Part shown: positions 37,057 to 47,405 of the stretch, in pieces
How positions within the stretch are numbered: position 1 is the first letter of the stretch
Layout: each line of letters begins with the position of its first letter
Assembly: GCA_964423865.1 (NCBI GenBank)
Contig: CAYRGN010000012.1
Span: 21,198 to 85,197 of the forward strand
DNA length: 64,000 nucleotides
Source: an uncultured Lacihabitans sp.
GTDB taxonomy: Bacteria > Bacteroidota > Bacteroidia > Cytophagales > Spirosomataceae
Direction: 5' to 3'
Program-made: the position numbers and the translations under genes
Notes under the pieces: generated by a model
What the model was told of the DNA's origin: nothing
Seen by the model: the letters and a program-made list of their open reading frames with translations, nothing else
The model's database searches: none

Positions 37057-39744
37057 ATGAAACGACTGTCCTTATTCGTCTTCGCCGCCTTATGCGCCGG
37101 TACTGTTTTTGCTCAATCGCCTTGGGAAAGAATCGCGCAGATGCCTTCTACCCTGGGCATAGAAAAAGGAAGTAAAACCTTTACTACTTCCGATTTTTAC
37201 CTGGAAATATTGAATTCTTCGCACACGGCCGCGGCTTTGTCGCCCGTAAAAGATACCACCTTTGATTATACGCCTGATGAACGTCTGAAACAAAGGGACA
37301 AAGACGGTTTTTACCATTTGGGCGATATTAACCTGCGCTACAGGATACAGGGAAATGAAGCGTGGACGGCATTTTCATCTGCTAAGAAAAGGACCGACGT
37401 TCAAATGATTGCTCCTGAAAAAAATACATTGGCAGGGGCCGACCTCTCCGGTTTGCTGGAGGTGGGGGCACCGTTGACATTGAAGCGTTTTTGGGAAAAG
37501 CAGGGTGAAAATCTTGTACTTCGTTTTGAAATCAGGAATACTTCCGGCGCAGCATTGGAAATTGGTTCCTTAGGGATCCCGATGATCTTTAACAACATCC
37601 TCCAGGATAAGAAACTGGACGATGCGCATACCGATAACGTCTTTTTTGACCCTTATATCGGCCGGGATGCGGGCTACCTCCAGGTGAACCGCTTGCACGG
37701 CAAAGGAGCGTCTCTCCTGGTATTGCCCTATGAAAATGCCGGTTTTGAAGCGTATAATCCTGTAAATGATGATCCCACACCGAGAAGTATTGTTTTTGAA
37801 GGATTCCATGAATGGATGATTCACAGTAAGGCCCACGCCGAAACAGATTGGAAAGGGGTAGAGCAATGGAACGAACCTACCTCCGCTATCCTGAAACCGG
37901 GAGAAGCCCGTTCATTCTCCTTGAAATTTGTTTTCGCGCCTTCCATCCGGGAGATTGAAGCACAGCTGGAGAAAGAAGGCCGGCCGGTGGCAGTGGGGCT
38001 GCCCGGGTACATGCTTCCCCAAAATGAAAACGCGACCCTGCATCTGAAATACGGGAAGAAAGTGGCGTCGGTCAAGGTCTTTCCGGAGGGAAGTTTAGAA
38101 GTAAAACGCCTGGGTAAAAAAGGCAAATGGGAGCGCTACGCCGTACACGGATTGCGCTGGGGGAGAGCCCGCCTGACGGTGAACTACAAAGACGGCACCG
38201 TTCAAACCGTACATTACAAAGTAATCAAATCCCAGGAAGAAGTGGTGAAAGATTTAGGGAATTTCCTGACTACCAAGCAGTGGTTTGATGACAAAGACGA
38301 TCCCTTTGGGCGAGCACCTTCTATTATTACCTACGATATAGAAGAGCAAAAGCAGGTAACGCAGGAACAACGGGCCTGGTATGCCGGTCTGAGCGATGAA
38401 GCCGGTGCGGCAAGCTGGCTGGCCGCTTTTATGAAACAGTCTCTGGTACAGGATAAGGAAGAGGTGGAAAAACTGAAGCGCTTCGCGCGGGAAACCCTGT
38501 GGGGCGGTATCCAGTACAGTGAAGGAGAATATAAATACGGGGTAAAGAAAAGCCTCTTTTACTACGAGCCCGATTCTATGCCGAAAGGAACCTACCGGGA
38601 AGACATCAACTGGAAGGTTTGGTCGGCATGGCCCAAAAAAGAGGCCGATAAACCCGGTCGGTCTTACAATTATCCGCACGTGGCCGCGGCCCACTGGGTA
38701 CTGTATCGCCTGGCGCGGAATCACGAAGGCCTGGCAGAAGATGTTAACTGGCGGGAGAGCCTTCAGAATGCCTACCATACCGCTATTGCCATGGTGAACC
38801 TGGCGCCCTATTACGCGCAGTTCGGCCAGATGGAAGGCTCGGTTTTCCTGTACATCCTGGAAGACCTGAAACGGGAGGGAATTTTGGATATGGCCCATGA
38901 CCTGGAAGCTGCCATGAAGAAGCGGGCCGACCATTGGAAAACCCTGGGGTACCCCTTCGGAAGTGAAATGCCCTGGGATTCTACCGGACAGGAAGAAGTC
39001 TATATGTGGTCAAAATATTTTGGAAATACCGATAAAGCGGAGGTGACCCTGAACGCCATCCTGGCGTATATGCCCACCGTACCCCATTGGGGATACAACG
39101 GCAGCGCCCGGCGCTACTGGGATTTTGTGTACGGCGGCAAGTTGTCGCGGATAGAACGCCAGCTCCACCACTATGGCTCCGCCCTGAACTCTATTCCCGT
39201 ATCGGATGCTTACCGGGATAATCCGGATGATTTTTACCTGCTAAGGGTAGGCCATGCGGGCGCTATGGGTGCCCTGGCCAACGTGACGCAAGAGGGTTAT
39301 GGTCCGGCCGCATTTCACTCTTACCCTTCTACCCTGGAGATTGACGGAATCACCGGCGATTACGGGAGCGGATTTTACGGCTATGCGGTGAACTCGGGTA
39401 CTTATATTACCGTACATCCGGAGTTTGGCCCCGTGGCTTTTAGCGGCAATATTTCGGGAAAGGGCAAGTGGCTGAATACCGAGATTACGTCGGGGGGCAA
39501 ATCGAGGGTATACCTGGCACCCGAAAAACTATGGATCACGTTGGATGCGGGCCGGGTATCGTCGCTGAATTATAACCGTAGTACAAGGGAAGTGGAGTTG
39601 GTGCTGGAACCGGCCGATGAATTCACGAAGATGGCCTATGTGCGTCTGGAAGGACCTTACCAAATTACCGCACCCAAAGACAGCCGCGGGAATTATACCG
39701 TGCCGCTAAGTGGAGAAAAGACGGTGTTGAAGTTATCTCGTTGA
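37057..39744 (+). CDS. DUF5695 family secreted putative glycoside hydrolase
   Basis: Signal peptide MKRLSLFVFAALCAGTVFAQ; 'GLSDEAGA', 'RSYNYPHV', 'SEMPWDSTGQE', 'HHYGS'. Confidence 0.7.
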   Translation: MKRLSLFVFAALCAGTVFAQSPWERIAQMPSTLGIEKGSKTFTTSDFYLEILNSSHTAAALSPVKDTTFDYTPDERLKQRDKDGFYHLGDINLRYRIQGNEAWTAFSSAKKRTDVQMIAPEKNTLAGADLSGLLEVGAPLTLKRFWEKQGENLVLRFEIRNTSGAALEIGSLGIPMIFNNILQDKKLDDAHTDNVFFDPYIGRDAGYLQVNRLHGKGASLLVLPYENAGFEAYNPVNDDPTPRSIVFEGFHEWMIHSKAHAETDWKGVEQWNEPTSAILKPGEARSFSLKFVFAPSIREIEAQLEKEGRPVAVGLPGYMLPQNENATLHLKYGKKVASVKVFPEGSLEVKRLGKKGKWERYAVHGLRWGRARLTVNYKDGTVQTVHYKVIKSQEEVVKDLGNFLTTKQWFDDKDDPFGRAPSIITYDIEEQKQVTQEQRAWYAGLSDEAGAASWLAAFMKQSLVQDKEEVEKLKRFARETLWGGIQYSEGEYKYGVKKSLFYYEPDSMPKGTYREDINWKVWSAWPKKEADKPGRSYNYPHVAAAHWVLYRLARNHEGLAEDVNWRESLQNAYHTAIAMVNLAPYYAQFGQMEGSVFLYILEDLKREGILDMAHDLEAAMKKRADHWKTLGYPFGSEMPWDSTGQEEVYMWSKYFGNTDKAEVTLNAILAYMPTVPHWGYNGSARRYWDFVYGGKLSRIERQLHHYGSALNSIPVSDAYRDNPDDFYLLRVGHAGAMGALANVTQEGYGPAAFHSYPSTLEIDGITGDYGSGFYGYAVNSGTYITVHPEFGPVAFSGNISGKGKWLNTEITSGGKSRVYLAPEKLWITLDAGRVSSLNYNRSTREVELVLEPADEFTKMAYVRLEGPYQITAPKDSRGNYTVPLSGEKTVLKLSR

Positions 39745-39954
39745 AAGAGCGAGCAGCAAGCAGCATAGTGGATGCCGGGTTTCCTCTTTGAACCGATGCA
39801 TTCTGTATTTATAAATCCGGAATTTTCTGCTACCTATTTTTGAGTGAAGCCTTTTTAGGTTATTTTGCGTCAGAATCGTAAAATAACCGGGGCTATATAG
39901 GGTGTTTAACACGAATAGGTGTGCCCGAGTGTAGTTCACAGCTCAAATACAGAT

Positions 39955-41856
39955 ATGAAGAAACAACTGATTGCTCTCCTTGTGCTGTTTGCTTTTGGCG
40001 CCAACGCTCAGAATACCCTTACGGCGGAAGCGCTTTGGAAACTGGGAAGGGTTTCTCCGATGGGTATTGCGCCGGACGGGAAAACCGTGGTGTACAGGGT
40101 AACCACTCCCTCTGTGGCGGAAAATAAATCGTCAAGCCGCGTATTTACTGTACCGGTAGAAGGCGGACCTGCCACGGAAGTGAAGGAAACCGCCGGACTC
40201 CTGAAAGATGCCGCTATATCACCTGATGGAAAATATGTGGTGTACGATGAAAAAGTGAAAGGGAGTAAAGTACTTGCACAAGACTATTATCCGGCACTCG
40301 ATAAAGCCACGGTGAAGATCTACGAGGGCCTGGATTACCGGCACTGGGATACGTACAGTGACGGTACGTTTAATCACGTGTTTTACAGGGAAAACCGGGA
40401 AGGCGCTCCGGGAACCGATATTATGAAGGACGAACCCTATCACAGTCCGACCATGCCGTTCGGGGGAAGTGAAGATTATACGTGGAGTCCTGACGGGAAG
40501 AAAATCCTGTATGTGAGTAAGAAAAGTGCGGGTACCGCCTATGCGAACAGCACCAACACCGATATTTATGAATACGACCTGGGCAGCGGGACTACCCGAA
40601 ACCTGACAGGAGAAAATCCGGGATACGATACACACCCCGTGTTTTCATCGCAGGGAGTGCTGGCCTGGCTCCGGATGAAACGCGACGGTTACGAAGCGGA
40701 TAAGAATGACATTATGGTGGATGTGCGAGGAGTGCATATCAACCTGACAGGCGGTTGGGACGGTACCGTAGACGATTTTAAATGGAGTGAAGACGGGCGG
40801 AAGATCTATTTTACCGCTCCGGTGAAAGGTACCATTCAGCTGTTTGAAGTGAATTATCCCGGGTTAACGAAAATTGCGTTACAGGTAAGGCAGTTAACGG
40901 AGGGAGAGTTCGATGTGACCGGTATTGTGGGATTTTCAGGAAATAAGGTGATTCTGACCCGGACAGACTTCAACCATGCGGCAGAAATTTTTTCATTTGA
41001 TCTGGAGACCAAGGGTTGGAAACAGCTAACCGGGGTAAATGATGCCTATTACCAGGGTATACAATTGAGCAAATGGGAGAAACGCTGGGTGAATACTACA
41101 GACGGCAAGAAAATGTTAGTATGGGTGGTTTTTCCTCCGGATTTTGATCCGGCCAAAAAATACCCCACGCTGCTGTATTTGCAGGGCGGCCCTCAGGGAG
41201 CGCTGACCCAGTTTTATTCTTTCCGGTGGAATTTCCAGTTGATGGCGGCCAAAGGGTATATTGTGGTGGCGCCGAACCGCCGGGGTATGCCCGGTCACGG
41301 GGTAGAATGGAACGAGGAGATCAGTAAGGACTGGGGCGGACAGGTGATGCAGGACTACCTGGCGGCCATTGATGATGTGGCGAGGGAGAGTTATGTAGAT
41401 AAATCAAGGCTGGGAGCCGTAGGCGCCAGTTATGGGGGATACTCGGCGTATTATCTGGCCGGAATTCATCAAAATCGCTTTAAGACCTTTATTGCGCATG
41501 CGGGTGTTTTTAACCTGGAGAGCATGTACGGTACTACGGAAGAGCTGTTTTTTGTCAACTGGGATCTGGGTGGCCCTTATTGGGAGAAGAACAACGCGGC
41601 GGCCCGAAAAACCTATGAACAGTTCAATCCCATCCAGCATGTGGACGAATGGAATACGCCCATGTTGGTGATACACGGGGAGAAAGACTACCGGGTGCCG
41701 ATAGGGCAGGGACAAGAGGCCTTTCAGGCGCTACAGCAGAAGGGAATAAGGAGCCGTTTCGTCTATTTTACAGACGAAAACCATTGGATCCTGAAACCTC
41801 AGAATGCAATAGTGTGGCAGAGTGAGTTTTTCAGGTGGCTGGAGGAAACCTTGTAA
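39955..41856 (+). CDS. S9 family (prolyl oligopeptidase / DPP5-like) peptidase
   Basis: 'QGGPQG', nucleophile 'GASYGG', 'GEKDYRV', 'DENHWIL'. Confidence 0.92.
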   Translation: MKKQLIALLVLFAFGANAQNTLTAEALWKLGRVSPMGIAPDGKTVVYRVTTPSVAENKSSSRVFTVPVEGGPATEVKETAGLLKDAAISPDGKYVVYDEKVKGSKVLAQDYYPALDKATVKIYEGLDYRHWDTYSDGTFNHVFYRENREGAPGTDIMKDEPYHSPTMPFGGSEDYTWSPDGKKILYVSKKSAGTAYANSTNTDIYEYDLGSGTTRNLTGENPGYDTHPVFSSQGVLAWLRMKRDGYEADKNDIMVDVRGVHINLTGGWDGTVDDFKWSEDGRKIYFTAPVKGTIQLFEVNYPGLTKIALQVRQLTEGEFDVTGIVGFSGNKVILTRTDFNHAAEIFSFDLETKGWKQLTGVNDAYYQGIQLSKWEKRWVNTTDGKKMLVWVVFPPDFDPAKKYPTLLYLQGGPQGALTQFYSFRWNFQLMAAKGYIVVAPNRRGMPGHGVEWNEEISKDWGGQVMQDYLAAIDDVARESYVDKSRLGAVGASYGGYSAYYLAGIHQNRFKTFIAHAGVFNLESMYGTTEELFFVNWDLGGPYWEKNNAAARKTYEQFNPIQHVDEWNTPMLVIHGEKDYRVPIGQGQEAFQALQQKGIRSRFVYFTDENHWILKPQNAIVWQSEFFRWLEETL

Positions 41857-41863
41857 AAGTAGC

Positions 41864-42562
41864 TTATCGCAGTTTCTCTCTGAGCGTGGCTTCGTCCACA
41901 AATCCGGTATGTCCCCAGATTTCTTTCCCATTGCGGTAGATTTTCAGCACAGGTAATCCGGAAATGTCCAGGGCTTTGCACAGGCGGGCGTTCTGGTCGG
42001 CATCGATCCGGATGACGGTCACTTTATCTGCCAGGTCTTGAGAGATGCTTTCAATAAACGGCTTCATTTTTTTACAGGGAGCGCACCAGTCGGCATAAAA
42101 ATCAACCAGGATGGTCTTGCCCGAACCGAGCATGGCCTCGTATTCCTGTACTGACATCCCTTCAGAGGTGATCGTGAGCTTTACTTCCGGCAGATCATTG
42201 TTCCGCCACTCCATCATTCCTCCCGGCATTTCATACACGTCTTTAAATCCTTCTGCACGGAAATAGTTGGCGGCAGAGGCGCTACGGCCTCCGCTCAGGC
42301 AGTACACAAACACGGGTCGGCTCTTGTCAAGGGCTGCTGCCATGTTTTTAAATTCTGCAGAACGCATATCCATATTGCTGGCATCTTTGATGTGGCCTCC
42401 ACGGAATTCAGAAGGAGTACGGACGTCTACCACCTGAGCACCGGGTGTTTTTTCTATTTTTGAAGCAAAATCTTTTGCCGAAAAACGGGTGTCTGCTGAT
42501 TGGGCATGACCACACGCTACACCCAATGTCGTCAAAATAATAATGGATAAATAACGAAGCAT
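41864..42562 (-). CDS. Rhodanese-thioredoxin fusion lipoprotein
   Basis: Lipobox 'LGVAC'; 'VDVRTPSEF', 'YCLSGGRS'; 'WCAPCK'. Confidence 0.88.
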   Translation of the reverse strand: MLRYLSIIILTTLGVACGHAQSADTRFSAKDFASKIEKTPGAQVVDVRTPSEFRGGHIKDASNMDMRSAEFKNMAAALDKSRPVFVYCLSGGRSASAANYFRAEGFKDVYEMPGGMMEWRNNDLPEVKLTITSEGMSVQEYEAMLGSGKTILVDFYADWCAPCKKMKPFIESISQDLADKVTVIRIDADQNARLCKALDISGLPVLKIYRNGKEIWGHTGFVDEATLREKLR

Positions 42563-42563
42563 C

Positions 42564-42758
42564 TTATTTGTTTTTTTGAAAAATGGAAAGAATCAAGCCG
42601 CCCAACAAGGCGCCATAAGCGGTACTGTTAAGGGGTTTGGAGGTAATGGGGCAGGTTCCGGTGACGCAGCCCACATGCTTCCAATAGAGGTAGCCTGCCA
42701 GGGCTCCGAGTGTAACCCCTACTATGGCCCATACATGTTTCTTTAAAAAATCAGTCAT
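42564..42758 (-). CDS. DUF6132-like small membrane protein
   Basis: 'GYLYWKHVGCVTGTCPITS'. Confidence 0.75.
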   Translation of the reverse strand: MTDFLKKHVWAIVGVTLGALAGYLYWKHVGCVTGTCPITSKPLNSTAYGALLGGLILSIFQKNK

Positions 42759-42770
42759 TGTTTTTTAGTT

Positions 42771-42950
42771 TTATCGCTGACAACTTCCACCAGGTCCGCA
42801 ACCCACATTCAGTAGAGGCATTAACGAGAACAACGCCCCTAAAGTAATAAACAATCCGTCGCCAACAAGAATTCCCTGTATGATAACGGCCAGGCCGATA
42901 GCCAGCCGTAAGAGGCGGGGGAGGGTCCATTGTGATAGGTGTTTTTTCAT
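42771..42950 (-). CDS. DUF2892-like small membrane protein
   Basis: 'RLLRLAIG', C-terminal 'GCGPGGSC'. Confidence 0.6.
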   Translation of the reverse strand: MKKHLSQWTLPRLLRLAIGLAVIIQGILVGDGLFITLGALFSLMPLLNVGCGPGGSCQR

Positions 42951-42963
42951 GGGTATATATTTT

Positions 42964-43127
42964 AGCATTCAGCCTTCAGCTATCAGCCGGGCGGAAGGCC
43001 GCCCCGCGACGCTTTGCTTATTCATTGGGGGGCGCCTAGCCGGCGGTCGGGCGACGCTTCGCTGGTGTGCCGATTTTCTGATAGTGGTACGCCACCCGGC
43101 TGATAGCTGAATGCTCATGGCTATTTC
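42964..43127. repeat. About 160-bp composite palindromic element, copy B
   Basis: TCAGCTATCAGCCGGG ... CCCGGCTGATAGCTGA termini; near-identical to 33701-33863. Confidence 0.9.
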
Positions 43128-43140
43128 ATTCGTATAAAAT

Positions 43141-43455
43141 TTAGCTGTTCTTCTGTGCTTTGTCTACTGCTTCCCAGGTGCCGCCGTTGGTGACATTGGT
43201 AAAGCCGTTTTGGTTCAGAAGGGCTTTGGCCTGGGCGCTGCGGCCGCCACTTCGGCAAAACACTACAATATTTTTTTTGTTTTTAAACTTTGCCATTTGG
43301 GCGGGTAGTTTATCCAGGGGGATATTGACGGCTCCTTTGACACTGCCCATGGCGAATTCAGACGGTGTACGGACGTCCACGAGGTAAGCTCCCTCTTTCA
43401 GAATGCCCTGCAAGTCTGCCGTATTTCCGAAGAGATTTTTAAACAGATTGAACAT
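43141..43455 (-). CDS. Rhodanese-like domain protein
   Basis: 'VDVRTPSEF', active loop 'FCRSGGRS'. Confidence 0.9.
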   Translation of the reverse strand: MFNLFKNLFGNTADLQGILKEGAYLVDVRTPSEFAMGSVKGAVNIPLDKLPAQMAKFKNKKNIVVFCRSGGRSAQAKALLNQNGFTNVTNGGTWEAVDKAQKNS

Positions 43456-43510
43456 ACAATTGAATAGTTATCAGATGGTCACCGGACGGAACTTCGCCCC
43501 GGATTTCCAA

Positions 43511-43554
43511 CAAAAGTAGTGTAGCTTGGCGTACTGTACAGTAACCTGGGTTAC
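43511..43554 (-). promoter_or_regulatory. Promoter (TACTTTTG at 43511-18) with Crp/Fnr-like palindrome GTAACC-TG-GGTTAC (43541-54)
   Basis: Palindrome centre lies about 41 bp upstream of the inferred TSS. Confidence 0.55.
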
Positions 43555-43572
43555 ATAGGGCGGTGTTTTATG

Positions 43573-43878
43573 CTAATCTTCCCATTCTTTCACATCGTTT
43601 TCCACCTGCTGTTCTCCTTCCCTGATTTTCTTTTTGTTACGGAAATAATTGGCCACTCCGCTGATGAGGAGAATGGCGGAAATAGTAAAGAGAGGAATTT
43701 CGTAGATGCCGGCCCGGGGGATATCGCCCAGATTCTGGATAGTGAGGCCCGCTACCAGGAAATACATGGAAGAACGCAGGAAAGAGAGGAAAGTAGTTTG
43801 GTTGGCCAGGTGTGTACGCTGTATGGCCAGTTTTTCACGAAGAATCAGGTCTTTTTCGGGTTTTTTCGGCTGTTTCAT
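43573..43878 (-). CDS. DUF202 (YidH-like) membrane protein
   Basis: 'LAIQRTHLANQTTFLSFLRSS'. Confidence 0.8.
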   Translation of the reverse strand: MKQPKKPEKDLILREKLAIQRTHLANQTTFLSFLRSSMYFLVAGLTIQNLGDIPRAGIYEIPLFTISAILLISGVANYFRNKKKIREGEQQVENDVKEWED

Positions 43879-43918
43879 GGGTGTAAGATTAAGCAGGCGC
43901 TTTGAACCGGCTGGTTTT

Positions 43919-44551
43919 CTATGCCTTTAATAATTCAATATGGCTTCGGTTCAGCTTTATTTTTCCTTCGTTTTCGAGCGCTTTCAGCAGGCGGGAAATC
44001 ACCACGCGTGAACTGTTCAGCGCATAGGCAATTTCCTGATGGGTCTTGTAAATAATGGAAGACTGATTGACTTTGGAGGCCTCCTGGAGATACTGGAACA
44101 AACGTTCATCCATGTGCATAAAAGCCAGGGAGTCAATGGCCGAAAGAAGTTCATTGAACCGGTTATTATAGCTTTCAAAGACGAAAGCGCGCCAGGTTTT
44201 GTATTTTCCCATCCAATCTTCCATTTTGGAGACGGGAATCATAGCCACCATGCCGCTATTTTCCGCTACGGCGCGGATCTCACTTTTTTTGTCGCCTATG
44301 CAGCAGGCCAGGGTCATGGCGCAGGTGTCGCCCTTTTCCAGGAAATAGAGGAGCAGCTCGCCTCCGTCGAAATCCTCCCGCATGATCTTAATGGCACCTG
44401 TGATGAGCAATGGCATGGTTTTGATGTAGCGGCCTATGTCGATCAGTACGTCGCCTTCCCGGAAGGAAACGGGCTTGGCTACCGCCGCGATTTCCGCGAT
44501 CAGCTCATTTTCAAATATTCCCTGAAAAGTTTCTTCCAGTATGTCTTTCAT
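43919..44551 (-). CDS. Crp/Fnr family transcriptional regulator
   Basis: cNMP-like domain 'GDTCAMTLACC'; HTH 'THQEIAYALNSSRVVISRLLK'. Confidence 0.92.
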   Translation of the reverse strand: MKDILEETFQGIFENELIAEIAAVAKPVSFREGDVLIDIGRYIKTMPLLITGAIKIMREDFDGGELLLYFLEKGDTCAMTLACCIGDKKSEIRAVAENSGMVAMIPVSKMEDWMGKYKTWRAFVFESYNNRFNELLSAIDSLAFMHMDERLFQYLQEASKVNQSSIIYKTHQEIAYALNSSRVVISRLLKALENEGKIKLNRSHIELLKA

Positions 44552-44612
44552 TGGGTATGTAGGTTTGGTGAATTCGGTGGGGATTGTATTTCGGGAGTTG
44601 CGGTAGCCTTAT

Positions 44613-45107
44613 TCAATGAGGCAATTTTTCCCTTAGTAAACCGTATACCCACGTACCCGCTACGGCGCTAAGCAGGGTCACGATAATGACGGTAGCGCCG
44701 GTGCCGATCTGGGCGAAAAGGGGCCCCGGACAGGCGCCAGTAAGGGCCCAGCCAAAGCCAAAGAGCAGACCTCCGTAGATTTGCCCTTTGTTAAATTCCC
44801 GGTCACGAAGGGTCACGGGCTCACCGTAAATGGTTTTCACCTTAAATTTCTTAATAATCCATACCGAAAGTGCTCCTACTGCTACGGCGCTGCCGATCAC
44901 CCCGTACATGTGAAAAGATTCAAGGCGGAACATTTCCTGGATCCGGAACCAGCTGATAATCTCTGCTTTTACAAATACGATTCCGAAAAGCACACCGGTA
45001 ACGAGGTACTTGAGATTATGGTACCATTGGTGTTCCAACTGGCTTTCGTTAAGGCAGGAGGCGTCTACTGTCCGGATATCGTCGGTTTCTTTGTAGTTTT
45101 CCATCAT
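44613..45107 (-). CDS. YeeE/YedE family sulfur transporter half (DUF6691-like)
   Basis: 'FGFGWALTGACPGP'. Confidence 0.82.
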   Translation of the reverse strand: MMENYKETDDIRTVDASCLNESQLEHQWYHNLKYLVTGVLFGIVFVKAEIISWFRIQEMFRLESFHMYGVIGSAVAVGALSVWIIKKFKVKTIYGEPVTLRDREFNKGQIYGGLLFGFGWALTGACPGPLFAQIGTGATVIIVTLLSAVAGTWVYGLLREKLPH

Positions 45108-45109
45108 AA

Positions 45110-45670
45110 TTACAGGGACAGAATGTAAGGTAGAATAAGGTTAGCCATGATAAAACCACCGGTCATAAAGCATACCGTAGCTACCAGAGAGGGCCACTGC
45201 AGATTGGAGAGGCCCATAATGGAATGGCCGCTGGTGCAGCCCCCGGCATACCGGGTGCCGAAGCCCACGAGGAAGCCGCCCACCACCATCAGGACAAAGC
45301 CCCGGAGGGTAAGAAGGGCGGGCCAGTTGAACAAATCAGCCGGAACCAGGTTTTCAAAGCTCCGGATACCGTGGGCGGCCAGGTCGGCCTGAAGTGCAGG
45401 CGCAACGGTCACGGGTTCCGGGTTGTTCAGGAAAGCCCCGGCGATTACCCCGCCCAGGAAGATGCCGAAAACAAAGTAAAGGTTCCAGATTTCTTTTTTC
45501 CAGTCGTATTTAAAAAAAGAAATATCGGCCGGCAGACATACGGCACAGATGTGACGTAGGGAGGAACTGATGCCGAACGATTTGTTTCCCAGGAGCAGAA
45601 GCGCGGGAACCGTCAAGCCGATAAGGGGGCCGGCAACATACCAGGGCCAGGGTTTGAAAAGCCAATCCAT
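45110..45670 (-). CDS. YeeE/YedE family sulfur transporter half
   Basis: '[12 protein letters not shown]', '[12 protein letters not shown]'. Confidence 0.85.
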   Translation of the reverse strand: MDWLFKPWPWYVAGPLIGLTVPALLLLGNKSFGISSSLRHICAVCLPADISFFKYDWKKEIWNLYFVFGIFLGGVIAGAFLNNPEPVTVAPALQADLAAHGIRSFENLVPADLFNWPALLTLRGFVLMVVGGFLVGFGTRYAGGCTSGHSIMGLSNLQWPSLVATVCFMTGGFIMANLILPYILSL

Positions 45671-45767
45671 AAGAAAAGGGTATAAAATGGTGCAAATTAG
45701 CGGTATTGTTTCTTTTCTTTATCGTATTCAGTGTATATTTTTTGAAATAAGACGGGAATGTCCCGTT

Positions 45768-47273
45768 TTATTCCCGGAAGAGATCATCTGTAATCTTTTT
45801 CTGTACGGCGGTAAGTTCCGGGCGGATCCGCAGTTCGGAATTTTCATCGATATCCACCCCTATGCTGTGAAAGTAACGGGCATAGTCGATTTCCCTGGTG
45901 GTATATACATACTGAAAAATGTCTTCCAGGGAGGTTCCGGCTACCTCCTCACAGGTACGGATCATCTCTTCGTCGGTAAAGCCGCGGTTTTGTTTTTTGT
46001 AAAAATCGTGATACAGTATGCGCATCACGTCGTCTAATGTTTTGCGGTTTTCGGTAGCAGTACGGATCCGTATATCGAGGATCATCCCCACGAGCGGCCC
46101 TTTTTGGTAATAAGAGATGGTTTCCCCTTTTTTGCCGAAGGGGCCGTCTTCCCAGGTACAGGCGCTTGATTCGGCCAGGGTTTGCTTATGTCGGCCTTCG
46201 TTTTTCTGAAAAGCGCCTATGGCGCTTCCCCATGCTTCCAGCATTTCGCTACGCGTCAGCAGGCCGGCGCGATTCATGACAATATCTTCATAATAGGCGG
46301 TCAGTCCCTCGGCTACCCAGAGGCCGTTGGTACGGTTGGGAGCGCTGTAATCAAAGGGTCCCAGCTCTACGGGCCGGATTCGTTTGGCATTATAATGATG
46401 GAAGTATTCGTGGGTGAGGAAACTGAGTGTACGTGTCCTGCCCGGCCCTTGCAGAGACTCCCCGGAAAAGGCCACAGCGGTAGAATTGAGCTGTTCGATT
46501 CCGCCGTTTCCCGGGCCAATGCCTATAAAGGTATAATGTTCATAGGGAATATCCCGAAAAATATCGCTGGATACTTTGATGAGTTTTTCGAGGTCTTTCA
46601 TGAGTGCGGTGCCGTCAAAATCGCCCATCTGGTAGCCGATAAAGCGGTGCTTTTTCCCTTCGACATAGAAAGGGGGAAGCTCGCGAAGCTGCCCCGCCAG
46701 CAGGGGACTGTCAAATAGGGTGTCAAAATCAGGAGCGGTAAAAGAGAAGTCTTTGCCCGGAACAGGGGTAAGGCCGGTAGCCACCTGCTTCCATTGCGCG
46801 GGTAAAACGAGGGTGACGGTGACGGGCGTCTGGAGTTTCCCTACCGGATACAGGAATACGGCCGCCGGTTTTATAAAGGCGCGGGAGGTGTCTGCATAGG
46901 CTGTGGCCACAAAATTCCTTTCTGCCTTTACGGTGTACCGCAGGCTGAGCTTTTCGGCGAAAGCCGTATAGACCCGCCAGGTATTTTCTCCAAATTTAAC
47001 CCAGCGAAGAGGCTCTCCCTTCTCATTTTCCGGGGAAAAGGAAATTACATTTTCTCCAAAATTCATGATCTGATAATATCCCGGTGACCAGGCCGGAAGA
47101 GCAAGGTCAATGAAAGCAGAGGGAGCAGGCCGGGTGGCGAATTCTACCTGGAATTCATGTTTTTCAGGCGCAGGAATACTTACGGTGAAATGAACGGTTT
47201 GCGCATGACCCAAAAAGGAAATGAAGCAAAACAGAAGAATTATTCTCATTATGGATACGATGGAAATCTCCAC
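45768..47273 (-). CDS. M61 family (glycyl aminopeptidase-like) metallopeptidase
   Basis: 'AWSPGYY', 'GGIEQ', 'HEYFH', '[11 protein letters not shown]', 'SYYQKG'. Confidence 0.88.
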   Translation of the reverse strand: MEISIVSIMRIILLFCFISFLGHAQTVHFTVSIPAPEKHEFQVEFATRPAPSAFIDLALPAWSPGYYQIMNFGENVISFSPENEKGEPLRWVKFGENTWRVYTAFAEKLSLRYTVKAERNFVATAYADTSRAFIKPAAVFLYPVGKLQTPVTVTLVLPAQWKQVATGLTPVPGKDFSFTAPDFDTLFDSPLLAGQLRELPPFYVEGKKHRFIGYQMGDFDGTALMKDLEKLIKVSSDIFRDIPYEHYTFIGIGPGNGGIEQLNSTAVAFSGESLQGPGRTRTLSFLTHEYFHHYNAKRIRPVELGPFDYSAPNRTNGLWVAEGLTAYYEDIVMNRAGLLTRSEMLEAWGSAIGAFQKNEGRHKQTLAESSACTWEDGPFGKKGETISYYQKGPLVGMILDIRIRTATENRKTLDDVMRILYHDFYKKQNRGFTDEEMIRTCEEVAGTSLEDIFQYVYTTREIDYARYFHSIGVDIDENSELRIRPELTAVQKKITDDLFRE

Positions 47274-47314
47274 TAATTTAAGATGATTTTTTGATAAAGG
47301 AAAGATTTATACAG

Positions 47315-47347
47315 AAAAGGAGCCGGATAACGTTATCCGGCCCCTTT
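47315..47347 (-). terminator. Intrinsic terminator after susD
   Basis: Minus strand GGGGCCGGATA-ACGT-TATCCGGCTCC-TTTT. Confidence 0.85.
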
Positions 47348-47349
47348 AT

Positions 47350-47405
47350 GAGCTATTAGCTATCAGCTATCAGCTATCAGCTATTAGCTCAAGGCTCACA
47401 GCTAT
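47350..47405. repeat. Heptamer tract (AGCTATC-type) x8
   Basis: Read directly; abuts the susD stop codon. Confidence 0.9.

Noticed and set aside
39936-39954. Single CACAGCTCA unit 9 nt before the S9 peptidase ATG
   Set aside because: One unit only; consistent with the heptamer rule but not counted as evidence
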